DNA from: Centroscyllium fabricii
Lineage: Eukaryota
DNA: 64,000 nucleotides
Assembly (NCBI GenBank): GCA_051313645.2
Contig: JBNRSN020000003.1
Span: 340,504,001-340,568,000 of the forward strand
Direction: 5' to 3'
Below are positions 36,587 through 48,800 of the stretch, piece after piece. The notes below the pieces were generated by a model, which was not told the DNA's origin, ran no database searches, and saw only the letters and a program-made list of their open reading frames with translations. A program made the position numbers and the translations under genes. Every line of letters starts with the position of its first letter. Position 1 is the stretch's first letter.

Positions 36587-38152
36587 TCAATTCAATTCAA
36601 TTCAATTCAATTCAAGTTTTATTGTCATTGCAGAGTACTAGTACAATACAACGAGACGAAGACTCGACTCTCCCGAGAGTAGTGCAAATAAATTACATGC
36701 AAATTGCATACAGTAAAGTACATTATCAGGCGTGCAGGTACCGGAGTTTATTTTTAGAGTTCAGGAGGCTGACAGCCCTGGGGAAGAAGCTGTTCCGAAA
36801 TCTAGTCGTGCGGGTGCGAATTGATCTGTAGCATCTCCCGGAGGGCAGGGGGGCGAACAGACTGTGGCTGGGGTGTGTGGGGTCTTTAATAATGTTCATA
36901 GACCCCTGTAAGCAGCGTTTGAGGTAGATGCTTTCCATTGACAGTAGCTGGGTACCGGTGATTCGTTGGGCAGTTTTGACTACCCGCTGCAGGGTTTTCC
37001 GGTCCAAGATAGTACAATTTCCATACCAGACAGTGATGCAGCTTGTCAGTATGCTTTCTATTGTGCAGCGGTAGAAGTTGGAGAGGATGCCGGATGACAG
37101 CCTGGCTTTCTTCAGCTTCCTTAGGAAGTACAGGCGCTGTTGGGCCTTCTTGACCAGAGAGGAGGTGTTTAGTGACCAGGAGAGATCTTCCGAGATGTGG
37201 ACCCCGAGGAACTTGAAGCTGGACACCCTTTCCACCTCAGCCCCTTGGATGAAAATGGGGGTGTGTCTTCTGCTTCCAGTCCTCTGGAAGTCCACTATGA
37301 TCTCCTTAGTTTTCTTGGTGTTCAGTGCCAGGTTGTTGTCGGCATACCAAACCACAAGGCGCTGGATCTCATCCCTGTAGGCTGACTCGTCGTTGTTGGT
37401 GATCTGGCCAACCACCGTGGTGTCATCCGCAAACTTGATGTTCGTGTTGGTGCCATGGACAGCCGCACAGTCGTGAGTGAAGAGGGAGTAGAGGAGGGGG
37501 CTCAGCACACAACCTTGTGGGGCCCCCGTGTTCAGGGTAAGGGGGGGGAGGTGAGGTTGCCTAACTTCACAGACTGTGGTCTGTTGGTTAGGAAGTCCAG
37601 GGTCCAGTTGCAGAGGGAGGTGTTCAGGCCAAGGGTGAGGAGTTTGTTAGACAATTTGCTGGGGACGATGGTGTTGAATGCTGAGCTGTAGTCAATAAAC
37701 AGCATTCTGACATACGTATCTTTGCTATCCAGGTGGTTTAGTGCAGAGTGAAGATCCGTAGTGATAGCATCTTCCGTAGACCTGTTCCCATGGTAGGCGA
37801 ACTGGTATTAGTCCAGGGCGGCGGGGATGCTGGCTTTGATGTAGGCCAGGACCAGCCGCTCGAAACACTTCATGATAATGGGTGTAAGTGCGACAGGGCG
37901 GTAGTCGTTCAGGCACGTCACGGCCGTTTTCTTGGGCACAGGGATAATGGTGGCAGTCTTGAAGCAGGTAGGGACAACTGCCTTCGCCAATGACAGGTTG
38001 AAGATGTCAGTGAAGACTTCAGCCAGTTGGTCGGCACATTCTTTGAATGCCCGGCCGGGGATGCCATCAGGACCCGCGGCCTTCCGTGCATTCACTCTAT
38101 GTAGAGCACCTCTTACGACGGAGCAGGACAGCGTTCATGGCTGGTCTTCCGG
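36587..38152 (-). mobile_element. Rex1/Babar-like LINE, 5'-truncated
   Basis: [33 protein letters not shown]; LSPLLYSLFTHDC..KFADDTTVVG..KKAQQRLYFLRKL; (TTGAA)n 3' tail at 36587-36615. Confidence 0.88.
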
Positions 38153-38632
38153 CATACCAGGCAGACTCATCGGGGATATGGTTCAGTGCTTTGTTAATAA
38201 AAGCCTCTTCGTTAAAAAACTCACTTCAGTCGTAATTGCGGTATCTCAGTGACTGTGGCAGATGTGTGTCTCCTGATCAAGTCAATAATAATGAGGTTTT
38301 CCCTTTGGTGTAATGGTCCTTCATCAGTTGTTGCTCGGTGCTATTCTGTTCATTCTCATTAAGAGATCGTTGCTGGTTAATGATAAACCAGTTGGCTCCT
38401 GATTTTCTGAAAAGCAGTAATGCTTTTTATCCTCTCTTTACCCTCCTGCTGAAGGCAATAGCTTGTGCTGTGGTTCAGTTGTAATGGAGATGACAGACAT
38501 TTTTTACGTGTGAATGTTGATGGGCTTCATTGTCTGTGCTCTCTGAGAGACTCTTGAATCTTAATTAAGCCGGCACCTGTTTGTAGCAGGAGCCTTGTCC
38601 AGGCCAGGGCCTGAATCAGCGCTTTAAATATT

Positions 38633-39497
38633 GGGCCAGAAATTCGGGTGTGCCGGTTGGTGCGGATGCAAGGACCCTGCGGACACCTATCGCACCGCAC
38701 CAACATCGCACATTTTCTACTCCCAGACCTTCGGGTTGGCTCCGCCCCGTTCCTGCGCTGCGTGGCAGTCCAGCCACGCTAGGAGCGCAGTATATGCGCT
38801 GCCGTCGTGCGTGGGCAGCAGTGATGCCCCGCCCACAGATCCCTAATTTAAATTAAAAAACGCCCACAGATCCCTAATTTAAATTTAAAAACGCCCACAG
38901 ATCCCTAATTTAAATTAAAAAACGCCCCCTGTTTCAGAGTCGGACCTTTTAGAGAGCAGGGACGTGAGGCGCTGCACCCACAGACTCGGCAGTGAGCAGC
39001 GCGGCAAGAGCAGCTTTTCACCGAAGGTAAGTCAGTGATTTTTTCTCTTCGTTTTTTAACTTAACTAAATAGTTAAAAATTTCAGAACTTTAAATTTAAA
39101 AATTAGCGATTGTAAAATTAAAAAAAAAACTTTAACATCCAAATTTAATTATACCGATCTGGCCACATTACTCCCAAAAACTGTTAAAACTTAAAATTAA
39201 AGGTAAAAAAGTAACTTACCTTGTTAAGGAACGCACTGCTCTCCCTCACACATGAGTTACTGCTTTTCTCCCATGCAACTTGTAGGCCAGTTGCCCACAG
39301 AATGACGCACCAATTATCATCCTTTTCCATCCGAATTTTTGGGTGCAACTCACTCCTGCGTTTGATGCTGGGGGCCCTTCTCGCTCAGCATCGGAAAGCT
39401 CCGACCCGTGGGCATGCCCCGTGCATTCATCGCACGGGGCATATTGGCCCCCCTCCGTGCGTGGGCAACTGCTGCGAGGCACCCGAATTTCTGGCCC
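38633..39497. mobile_element. MITE / non-autonomous Harbinger-type element
   Basis: Perfect 18-bp TIR GGGCCAGAAATTCGGGTG / CACCCGAATTTCTGGCCC; 3-bp TSD ATT; three ~31-bp internal repeats at 38830-38925. Confidence 0.9.
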
Positions 39498-39647
39498 ATT
39501 ACTGTGGCCGAGGTTGCGTCGGGTTGGAGTTGGTTTGTGTGAATCCAATATTTTATTCCCCACCGACTCTCTCCCGCCGGTCGAGGGTGTGTTAAAATCG
39601 AGGCTATTATGTTTCCACTCTATAGACCAATAACACTGAGACCAATT

Positions 39648-40543
39648 GGGCCCTGTTTTCCTGTGCTCCAGAAGAGCTGCACCCCCACGAAGGGGGGTCA
39701 GAAATGCCTCGTGGGGGTGCAGCTCGGGTGATTACCAGAAACGTGAATTTCCTGTGCTGATGGGCAAGGGGCTTTAGCTTCCTACCCAGGAAGACTTTGA
39801 GCTGCAGATTTCCTGTGGCAGCTGCTCAAAATGCGTGTGTATCACGTGGGCAAGTCTCTCTTCAGCTGCACATTTAAAAAGCAGTCTTAAGAGGTGCTGC
39901 AGCAGCTTTGAGAAGTGGAGAAACACGTTTAAAGGTAAAAAAAAATTTGATTCCTTTGCAGATATTTGTCTGTGGTCTTTCAGCTTTTGAATGGTAGGGT
40001 TTTTTTTTGGTGAAAGTGAAAAAAAAACGGGTTTTGAACGCGATGTCAGCAGCTCTGATGGCCATCACAGCTGCTTAATTCGCGTTAAAAACCCGTTTTT
40101 TTTCACTTTCACCAAAAAATAAAAAACCCTACCCATTTACAAGCTGAAAGACCACAGAAAAATATCTGCAAAGGAATCAAAAAAAAACTTAACTTTAAAC
40201 GTGTTTTTTTCACTACCAGCAAAAAAAACCCCTAACAGCAGAAAAGGCAGAAACTTAAAAAAAACAGCTTCCTAGAAACTTAAAAAAAACAAAAAAAAGG
40301 TGCTTCCTACCCGATATTCTTTATCGTCAGGCCGATTCTGTGCTTTGTGCGGGGGGAAAGCCGACCTCAGTGGGCGTGGCTTGCACCATGCACCAAAAAA
40401 AAACAGACCCCTACGCTGGAAAAAAACCCGGCATTTTCCACAGGAAATTGCCGTCAGAAAAAAATAAAAAATTACGTGCGCGTGCGCCGCGGGTGCACGT
40501 GAGCGCGCACCCACAGCAATCGGGCCACAGGAAAACAGGGCCC
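39648..40543. mobile_element. MITE with an internal palindrome
   Basis: 18-bp TIR GGGCCCTGTTTTCCTGTG / CACAGGAAAACAGGGCCC; TSD ATT. Confidence 0.9.
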
Positions 40544-42399
40544 ATTTCAGCTGAGCTTGGCTAACTTCCCAACTGCATTGGACAGCATAATTCCCAGTGC
40601 GCCATTGGAATAGTTATGCATTTGATTTTGTTATTTTGAGTTGATGTTTTTGTAGAAAATTGGTCCAGAGGCGCAATCTTAAGCAGAAATGTGGTCTAGT
40701 TGTAAACCATTGAGTTTCAGCTGTGTTGTGATATATTTCCTAAGTGACCTTGTTATGTAATATGTCAGATTACAATGTGATGAATGACACGTCTACTTTA
40801 TACTTCGAAGTGCGACTGTCGCCAGGGAGGGAGGAGATTCATGTGTCACTTTCATCATGATTTCTTCAAGCAGAATGACAGAATGACACGTTTCAGTGGA
40901 AATTATGGCACCATGTCAAACACATTAGAAAAGGAAAAGCAAAATACTGCAGATGCTGGAATTTTGCTGAGTATTTCCAGCATTTTCTGTTTTTATTTTA
41001 AATTAGAAAAGTCTTTGCTAAGTCTCTTTAAACAAGCTGCAGGTAACGTGCTTTTATGTGGTTAAAATTATTGGTAAGAAAACGAGTGAAGAGAATATTG
41101 ACAGTTTTGAGGTTGCAGGTTCATACATCCATACAAAATGGCGTTTCTCCAAAACCTCGACAGGATGCTATAATTACATTTTTTTAAATGTGTTTTTCGT
41201 AGCCAATTCATGGTCAATATATTTGAATGCATTTTTTGAAAGGCATCACAGCAATTAGGAAAGTAATGGAGATTGCACACCTGGCAGACAGTTCTTTAAA
41301 AAAAAAAGAATGAAAATAATGAATATTTAGCAGGGAGAGCGCTGAGAGAATTGACACTGTCACCATCACAAGCCTATATTTAGATTTGAACAAATGCATT
41401 CGGAATTACAATTTTTGTTTATAGGACTATCCTTGTTTTTTGGTTCAATCCTTAAAATGTCAGGTTTGCCTGGCATTCTACAAATGAAATGTAGCTAAAT
41501 CAAATGCCATTAATTCCAGACAAACACTGGCTCCTTCCAAACAAGTACGCCGTGTGGGGAGCTTCACTCCATACTGAGTCTTCCCATCAGAACAACATGC
41601 TGAAGGTGGTAATATGCTTGGGCTTGACTGAGGATTTTCCAGCTGGTTTAAACACTGGTTCAGACCTGTATACACTGCTGCTTCACAGAGTAAAACCAAT
41701 TTATTTAGTGTGGGGAAATGGCACTCCATGCAGCGAAAAATACTATTCTCAGAAATAAAGTGTATTGGTATAATTTATCAGTTAATGCACATGTTAAATT
41801 CAAGTGAATTTGTAAAAAAAGGTGAAGATAATATTGGAGCTTGGAGTAAAAGCAATGACTCCATCCATTTTAGCATTTCTTTGTCCAAAAATTAAGCATT
41901 TTGTGCAGGTTTTTTGTTCAAATACTTTCTCCATTCTCTGTATGGGGTTCATGAGTGACACACTCCTGTCCTGTCGCTTGACAAAAGCAGATTGAAAATC
42001 AATGTGCTTGATCCGTGGCACTCTCCACTTTTCCTCTCATTAAAATTAATGATCAGAGAACGGGAGCACTGCCAATCGAGCACAATGGTCTCCTTTCCTG
42101 ATGCTGTTTTCTGCGCTCCCGTCAAATAATGCTCTGCACAGAGACCAGAGTTCCCATTAAAGTAACCCTCTACCTTTGAGTTAAGCACTGCATGCCACTT
42201 TGTCGATGACACTTAACTCCATTTCCTATTAGGGAAAAAAAGTCAGCATAAGTACGGGAAATCCAACCTTGGAGTAATGTTTTGCCCAATGAAAAGGAGT
42301 GGTACGATAAATAGTTAGAAGCAGCAATACTGCCATTGCCCACAGAACTGGGAGCAGGAGATGGCAGAGTCAGCCCTATAATTTTTAGGAACAAGAAAA

Positions 42400-42680
42400 T
42401 GTCCTTTGACACAATTAACCATTTCCCTTCCAATAGATCTTCTTCCATGGCTATGCGCCTCCTCGCCATATGTCTCAATTCCTTATTTCTCCAGAGAATT
42501 TGTGCAGTTGCTTCTTGAATCCATTTATATTGTGTTTTTCAATTAGCTTCCCTGCTGATTCATTCCATAGGTCTATTATCCCGAAGTGCAAAAATTCCAC
42601 CTACTCCCCCTTCTTGCTCCAAACTTCCTAATGTTAACTTGTGTCCCTGGTACTGGAACCCTTTATCATAAATAAACATA
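42400..42680 (-). mobile_element. Very old CR1 3' fragment
   Basis: Degenerate CR1 ORF2 end (QGHKL....GIF.LR...WN) and a 3'UTR-like sequence. Confidence 0.45.
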
Positions 42681-42895
42681 AAGGGGTAAAGCTTCTGCTT
42701 TGGGCGCAATTGTCGATCCGGGCGCAAATTGCACTGGTTTTCCGAATTGACTTTGTGGTTCAAATTTCTGTTCAAACTCATTTGCATAATCATATACATA
42801 GAACCGTTCATGAACCAGCAGAAGGCTCGAGTGGAGCATAAACACCAACATGGACTGGTTGGCCGAATGGCCTGTTTCTGTGCCGTAAATCGTAT

Positions 42896-43370
42896 CTGAC
42901 GCAGGATGAAGGCATCGTGGATGCTGCTAGGGTAGCGGGCATTCTTATTGAGGATTCGCTGTCTGTAGTCGCACACAAACTGCACATTAAGTGAGTGGTA
43001 GCCTTTGTGGTTATGGAAGACCTCAGGGTTGTTATGTGGTGTCCACAAAGCCATGTGGGTGCAGTCAATGGCGCCCTGCACCATGGGGAGGCGCACTATC
43101 CTGGCAAAGCCACATGCACGTTCATCCTGCTTCTCTCTGGTGATGGGGAAGGAAATGTACTCCCTTCTCCGACTATAGAGCGCCTCTGTGACCTCCCGGA
43201 TGCAGCACTGGATGGCAAACTGTGAGATGTTCGCTATATCTCCTGTTGCAGACTGGAAGAAACTGCTGGCAAAGAAATTGAGGGTGACAATGATCTTGAC
43301 TGGCACTGAGAGGCTCAAGGTCTGTTTGCAGGAGGTGGCAGAGTTTGGTGACCACCTCCTTGCTGAAGAT
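42896..43370 (-). pseudogene. HARBI1-like transposase fragment (inverted relative to its own C-terminus)
   Basis: SVPVKIIVTLNFFAS..FQ..GDI..ISQ..GAIDCTH..NHKGYHSLNVQ..RYPSSIHDAFILR. Confidence 0.85.
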
Positions 43371-43375
43371 AGCCA

Positions 43376-43601
43376 TTTTGTCGTGGTCTGCTGCATGCTC
43401 CACAACGTGGCCATCATGAGGGCCAAGCCCTTGCCACCAGAGATTGTGGGACCACCTCAGGAGGAGAAAGAGGAGGAGGAGAATGACGATAAGGTGGAAG
43501 ACGAGGAGGAGAAGGAACAGGAGCGAAGGAAGAGGCAACCACTCAATCGACCTTCTGGAAAGGGGGTCCATGACCATCTCATCAGAATGCGGTTCCAATA
43601 A
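43376..43601 (+). pseudogene. HARBI1-like transposase C-terminus
   Basis: FVVVCCMLHNVA, an acidic tract, then HLIRMRFQ*. Confidence 0.8.
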
Positions 43602-45149
43602 CTTAAAACCCAGATCCCCATTGCTCACCACATCCCCATCATTGCATCCCTGTTGCGGCCATATCACAGGGCAAAGCTGAAATAAGAGACAGCACAAAAT
43701 TATCCATGGCCAAATAATACATTTATCAATAATCAATGAACACTTATTTACAACAACAATATTAGCTATTCACCCTTGTTCAATCTCTTAGTTGCCTTTG
43801 CCTACTATAATACTCAAACATGTGTTGGTCCAGTGGCTGCAGCACAACGGGTGGAAGGCTGCTGAGTGTTCACGTGGGAGGCTTCAGATGACCTTACAGG
43901 ATGCCTTCGATCAGCTGTAGGCCTGGAAGGCCCGGCTGTGGACTGCACCACCTCAGCATGGGCGGCATTAGTCTGGGCTGGCTGGATGACAGGCAGCGAC
44001 AAGGGCAATGGTGGAGTGCCAGTGGTGGCAGCAGGAATGCTGTAATTCTGAAAGAGGACAGCAGGTTCCTGCAGCACTGAACAACTGACACTCCCCCAGG
44101 GCAGCACCTCAGCATCACTACCAACCTGCTGGAGCACAGATTGCTGGCCTGCTGCATCACCGTGAAAGTGCCGGTCGACGGTGGTAGACCCAGCCATGAT
44201 GGCAGCAGTCAGATCCTGCGTGGCATCAAGCTGAGGCTACATGAGAGCTGTCTGAGAATCATGGCACCAATTATAGACTGCATTATGTGATGTATTTATA
44301 ATAAGTGGTATGGTCTATGATTCCCCCCTGCTCTATGTCTGTAATGGTATAGTCCACCTGGTGCATGTAGGGATATCTCAGCATCAGTCTCTTGTATTCC
44401 TCGAGCAGTCTAATAAACAAGTCAATGCTCTGTTGGCTCCTGAGTCTTCCTTATTAGCAATTGCTAAGACTTAACAAATTGGGGACGAGGTAGATGGGAT
44501 CCACAAATAGGAAGTCTGGAAACAGATTGGACCGAATTGAAGAAGGATTCGGCACCAATAAAAAAAAATCGGCAAATGTCGAGAAGAGACTTCGGAGCAG
44601 GAACGGTGTCAGCCAGGGAATGCCAGCGCTAGAAGAAGGGGCGATTGGCTGGGCTGCAGACCGGTGTCGAGACCCCGGGCCAGCGAGACGTGCCGTGATC
44701 GACGGGTGAGACAAAGGCTGTGTAAAGAGGGGGCTGGAGGACAGCGACCCAGTCTACAGGAACCTGCCACCGCGGTGAAGCGGGCGTGGCGGTGCTGATT
44801 GCGGGGACCTGGAACAGAGTTGTTCAACGGGGTAAGAGATATCCTGCACAGGGGGCACGCCACAGGAAAATGAGGAAATCGCCATATTGTGTTCGTTGTT
44901 GGAGAAGAAGGCGAAGGGCGCGAAAAATCGCCATCTTGGGTTCGTTGTTAGAGAAGAAGGCTCGAAGGGTGCGAAAAGCCGCCATCTTGGTAGCATTTGG
45001 TGAAGACGTGCGGGGCGCAGGAGATGCCATTTTGGACAATATTAAAGTTTAAGTGGACTTTTAATCAATGTTTAAAATAAGAATTTTATTACGGTTTTAA
45101 GTTAAGGAGTCTGTCTCCGGGTCGAAATTCGAGGATAATTGCTAGAGTC

Positions 45150-48100
45150 GTGGGTGAGATGGAGCCATTCAGTGAGAGTTTGGACCAATGGTCTAACTAT
45201 ACAGAGCGTTCTGATTGTTTTGTGTTAGCTAATGGTATTGAGGACAGGAAGGTAGTCCCTACGTTTTTGAGTATTATGGGGCCGAGGACATACAACCTCT
45301 TAAGGGGTTTGGCACACCCAGATAAACCAGGCACCAAAACATATAAACAAATTAAGAAGATGTTGAGCCATCATTTCTCACCCAAACCTTTGGCTGTTGC
45401 GGAAAGGTTCCGTTTTCATAGACGTACTCAAGAAGAGGGTGACTCTGTAAATGGGTTTGCAGCTGCGCTGAGGAAGCTGGCTGAACACTGTGATTTTGGG
45501 AATGCTTTAGCAGACACACTGCGAGATAGGTTTGTGTGTGGACTGAGCAATGCGGCAGCTCAGGAAAAGTTGCTAACAGAAATTCACTTAACGATGGATA
45601 AGGCGTTGAAAATTGGAATTGCAATGGAGATGGCTTCAAGGGAAGCCCAGCAGTTCCATGCGACTATGAGTCATGCAGATACCATGGGAGGGGATATAAA
45701 ACCCACGAGTCCTGTATGTAAAATGGGAAGTGATTACAAGTCAAGCGGTCCAGGGCCGTGTTTTCGTTGCGGCCAAACAGATCACCTAGCACCTATTTGT
45801 TGGTGCAAGGACTTAGAGTGCCGTAGCTGCGGGGAAAAGGGCCACATAGAGCGGGCATGCCGCAGTAAGGATGGCAAGGGTAAACCATCAAAGTATGGGG
45901 GTTGGAAGAAGCGGAAAGTTCATACGGTAGAACAAGAAAGGAAAAATAGTGAATCCTCAGGGGAAGAAATGGGTGTTAACTCCCTAACAATACAGAATGT
46001 AGTGAAGGCTCTGATGGTTATTGGGTTTCTCCTAAATTAGAAGGCTATGCCATTAGAATGCAGATAGATAGAGGGTCAAAAGCCTCAATTATTCCAAAAA
46101 GTCTGTATAAGAAATATTTGGGGCATTTGAAGTTGCGACCATCAGATACTACCTTTAAAACATTTACAGGGCAATCAGTGCCCATGAAGGGAATGACTGA
46201 TACGATGGTCCGGTATGGCGGTCACACAGCAAAACTCCCAGTATACGTTACGGAGGGGGCGTATCCTGCCCTTATGGGGCGCACGTAGTTAAAAGAAATC
46301 AAGTTGGACTGGCAGGCAGTCCATCTGATATCTAAGCATTCTGAGATGCTGCAGACAATATTAAAAAAACATGAGGAGGTTTTTCAGGAGGAATTGGGTA
46401 GCATAAAAGGCATAGCGGTTAAATTACATACTAAGCCGGGTAGCAGGCCAGTTTTTTTGAAAGCCAGGTCTGTTCTGTATGCTATCCGACCACAAGTTGA
46501 AGCCGATTTGGATGCTCTTGTGAAGGATGGAGTATTAGAGCCAGTTACAGTTAGTGATTGGGATACGCCCATAGTTCCAGTGCCAAAGAAGGATGGAGGC
46601 ATTCGGACTTGTGGAGACTTCAAAGTAACCTTGAATCCAGTGCTTTGTGCAGAGCAGTATCCGCTTCCACATATTGATGATCTATTTGCTGGTGGCCTGG
46701 CATGCATAAGCAGATTGAGGAAGTGGCTAAGAAATGCCCCTCATGCCAAAGAGTTAGGAATAACACTCAGTTGGCTCCGTTGCATTCCTGGAGATTCCCA
46801 GAGGAATCATGGCAGAGGGTGCATGTGGACTTTGCGGGGCCATTTGAAGATAGGATGTTTTTTATAGCTGTCGATGTGCATAGCAAGTGGCCAAAGGTGG
46901 CAATTATGCATTCCACCTCTACAGAGAAAACTATTGAGAGACTAGGGGAGATGTTTAGTCATTTCGGGGCCCCAGATCAGCTCGTTTCTGATAATGGACC
47001 TCAGTTCATGTCACAGGACATGGCTGCCTTCTTGCAGGCAAATGGGGTGCAACACATACGGTCCGCTCCATACCACCCTGCGACTAATGGTCTGGCAGAG
47101 AGGTTTGTCCAGACTATGAAGAATGCCTTACGAGTCTCCCAACATCAGGGAACTTTACATCAGAGACTGCACAAGTTTCTGTTGACATATCGAAGTACCC
47201 TCCACGCTACCACTAAAGAATCACCAGCAAAATTATTGCTGAAAAAGGAGTTGCGGTCATCCTTTGACTTGTTGAAACCGTCCTCAGCAAAGGACAATGT
47301 GCAGCAGCAGCAGAGACTGCAGATGGCCAGAAGAGAGCAACATGCTAAAAATAGGACCTTCGCACAAGGGGCCTCTGTGCTAGCACGTAGTTATGTGAGT
47401 GGTCCTAAGTGGGTTCAGGCTACTGTCATTGCCCAAACGGGTCCAGTATCCTACATGGTCCAGACCGCCACTGGCCTGGTCTGGAGGAGACACCTCGACC
47501 AGTTGTTGGCTTCACAAGAATCTACCCAGTTGCCCTCAGAGGGTGTTCCTGAGATTTCATACCCTGAACCATCTACTGATTTCCAGTTGCCCGTCTCTTA
47601 CGCAGAAATACCTCAGACTGAGCCTGCGATTTTGAGTACACCGGCTGAGACTGTGCCTCCTCCTGTTGCCTCTGTCATAGGGTGGATTCCTTTTCAAGGA
47701 ATTCCCCTTTAAGGAATCCATCTTTGTATTCTATGTTTTTGCTTGTTGTACCTCATTTACCTGTGCACATACCTCAGTGTACCTTGTTCACTGTTACATG
47801 CACTTGATTGGATAGCTCTAATCAATCTAGTTAGCTTGAATTGCTTATAAGCTTAGAGCTGAGACCAGCAAGTTGCCGGATCATTACTACTTACAGCTAG
47901 GACACACAGAGGTGCTGTCTTAGCTCCGTGGGAGGCAGTTGTGCTTGTGGATATGGATTCTCCTTCTGATGACCCAGGTTGGAGTGAGTCCCTGCGATGG
48001 ATAGGACTCTGGAGAATTCCCATTTCTACATTCTGGACATTGCTCTCTATCACCTGAACTCAGGTTTGGACATTCCATTTCTACATTCTGGACTTTGCTC

Positions 48101-48800
48101 TCTATCACCTGAACTCAGTAGCTCCGTGGAGACTGTGTATGTGGGGCGTTCCCCTACTTGTGGAATGGATTCTCCTTCTGAAGACCCAGGTTGGGCCGAG
48201 TCCCTGCGATGGACAGGACTCTGGAGAATTCCATTTCTACATTCTGGACATTGCTCTCTATCACCGGAACTCAGGTTTGGACATTTCATTCCTACTACAA
48301 TGAGGCCCTTTCTGTTATCAGGATGCTCTTTGCCGAGTGTCCTGGGGGTTCTGTTGGACATTGCTGGATGCTCTTTGCCGAGTGTCCTGAGGGTTCAGTT
48401 GGACACTGCTCTCAATCACCTGAACTCAGTATTGGACAATTCATTCTTACTACAATGAGGCCCTTTCTGTTATGAGGATGCTCTTTGCTGAGTATCCTGA
48501 GGGTTCAGTTTCAAAATTAAGCTTGTTCCAGTTTTCCTTCTGAAGACTTGCTTTATATGTATATTATTTGTATGTATGGATGTATTTAATATAGGTTTGG
48601 TTACATTATATGAAATAAAGGAATCTGAGTTTTAGACTGTTTTCTCAGTGTCTCGCATTTGGGCCCCACCACCCAAATGTTACAGCCTCTTCATCCGGTA
48701 CTGTCACGTCCCCGTCCGCTTTGAGAATTTCGGGTCCCAGGGTTCCTGGGGAACGTAGGTACCCTACATGAGAACGAGAACCCCCGGATAGGTTAGGCAT
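45150..48800 (+). pseudogene. Disrupted gag-pol of element G
   Basis: AERFRFHRR..LRDRFVCG, CFRCG..CRSCGEKGHIERAC, protease MQIDRGS, integrase HVDFAGP..SDNGPQF..NGLAERFV. Confidence 0.88.
47673..48684 (+). mobile_element. Solo LTR (~1.01 kb), relative of 35138-36223
   Basis: TGTCATAG...GTTACA termini; perfect TSD GCCTC; internal repeats of CATTTCTACATTCTGGACATTGCTCTCTATCACC. Confidence 0.88.

Larger units (their letters stand above)
30633..38248 (+). mobile_element. Ty3/Gypsy element D (same lineage as A-C and E)
   Basis: 5' LTR 30633-30870; 3' LTR split into 36443-36586 and 38153-38248 by a Rex1-like LINE; TSD GTGAA/GTGAC; PPT AAGGAAGGGGTGAA. Confidence 0.92.

Noticed and set aside
42560-43426. 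Host HARBI1 gene
   Set aside because: Fragmentary, frameshifted and inverted, with several paralogous remnants in the window. It is transposon-derived, so no gene symbol is assigned.
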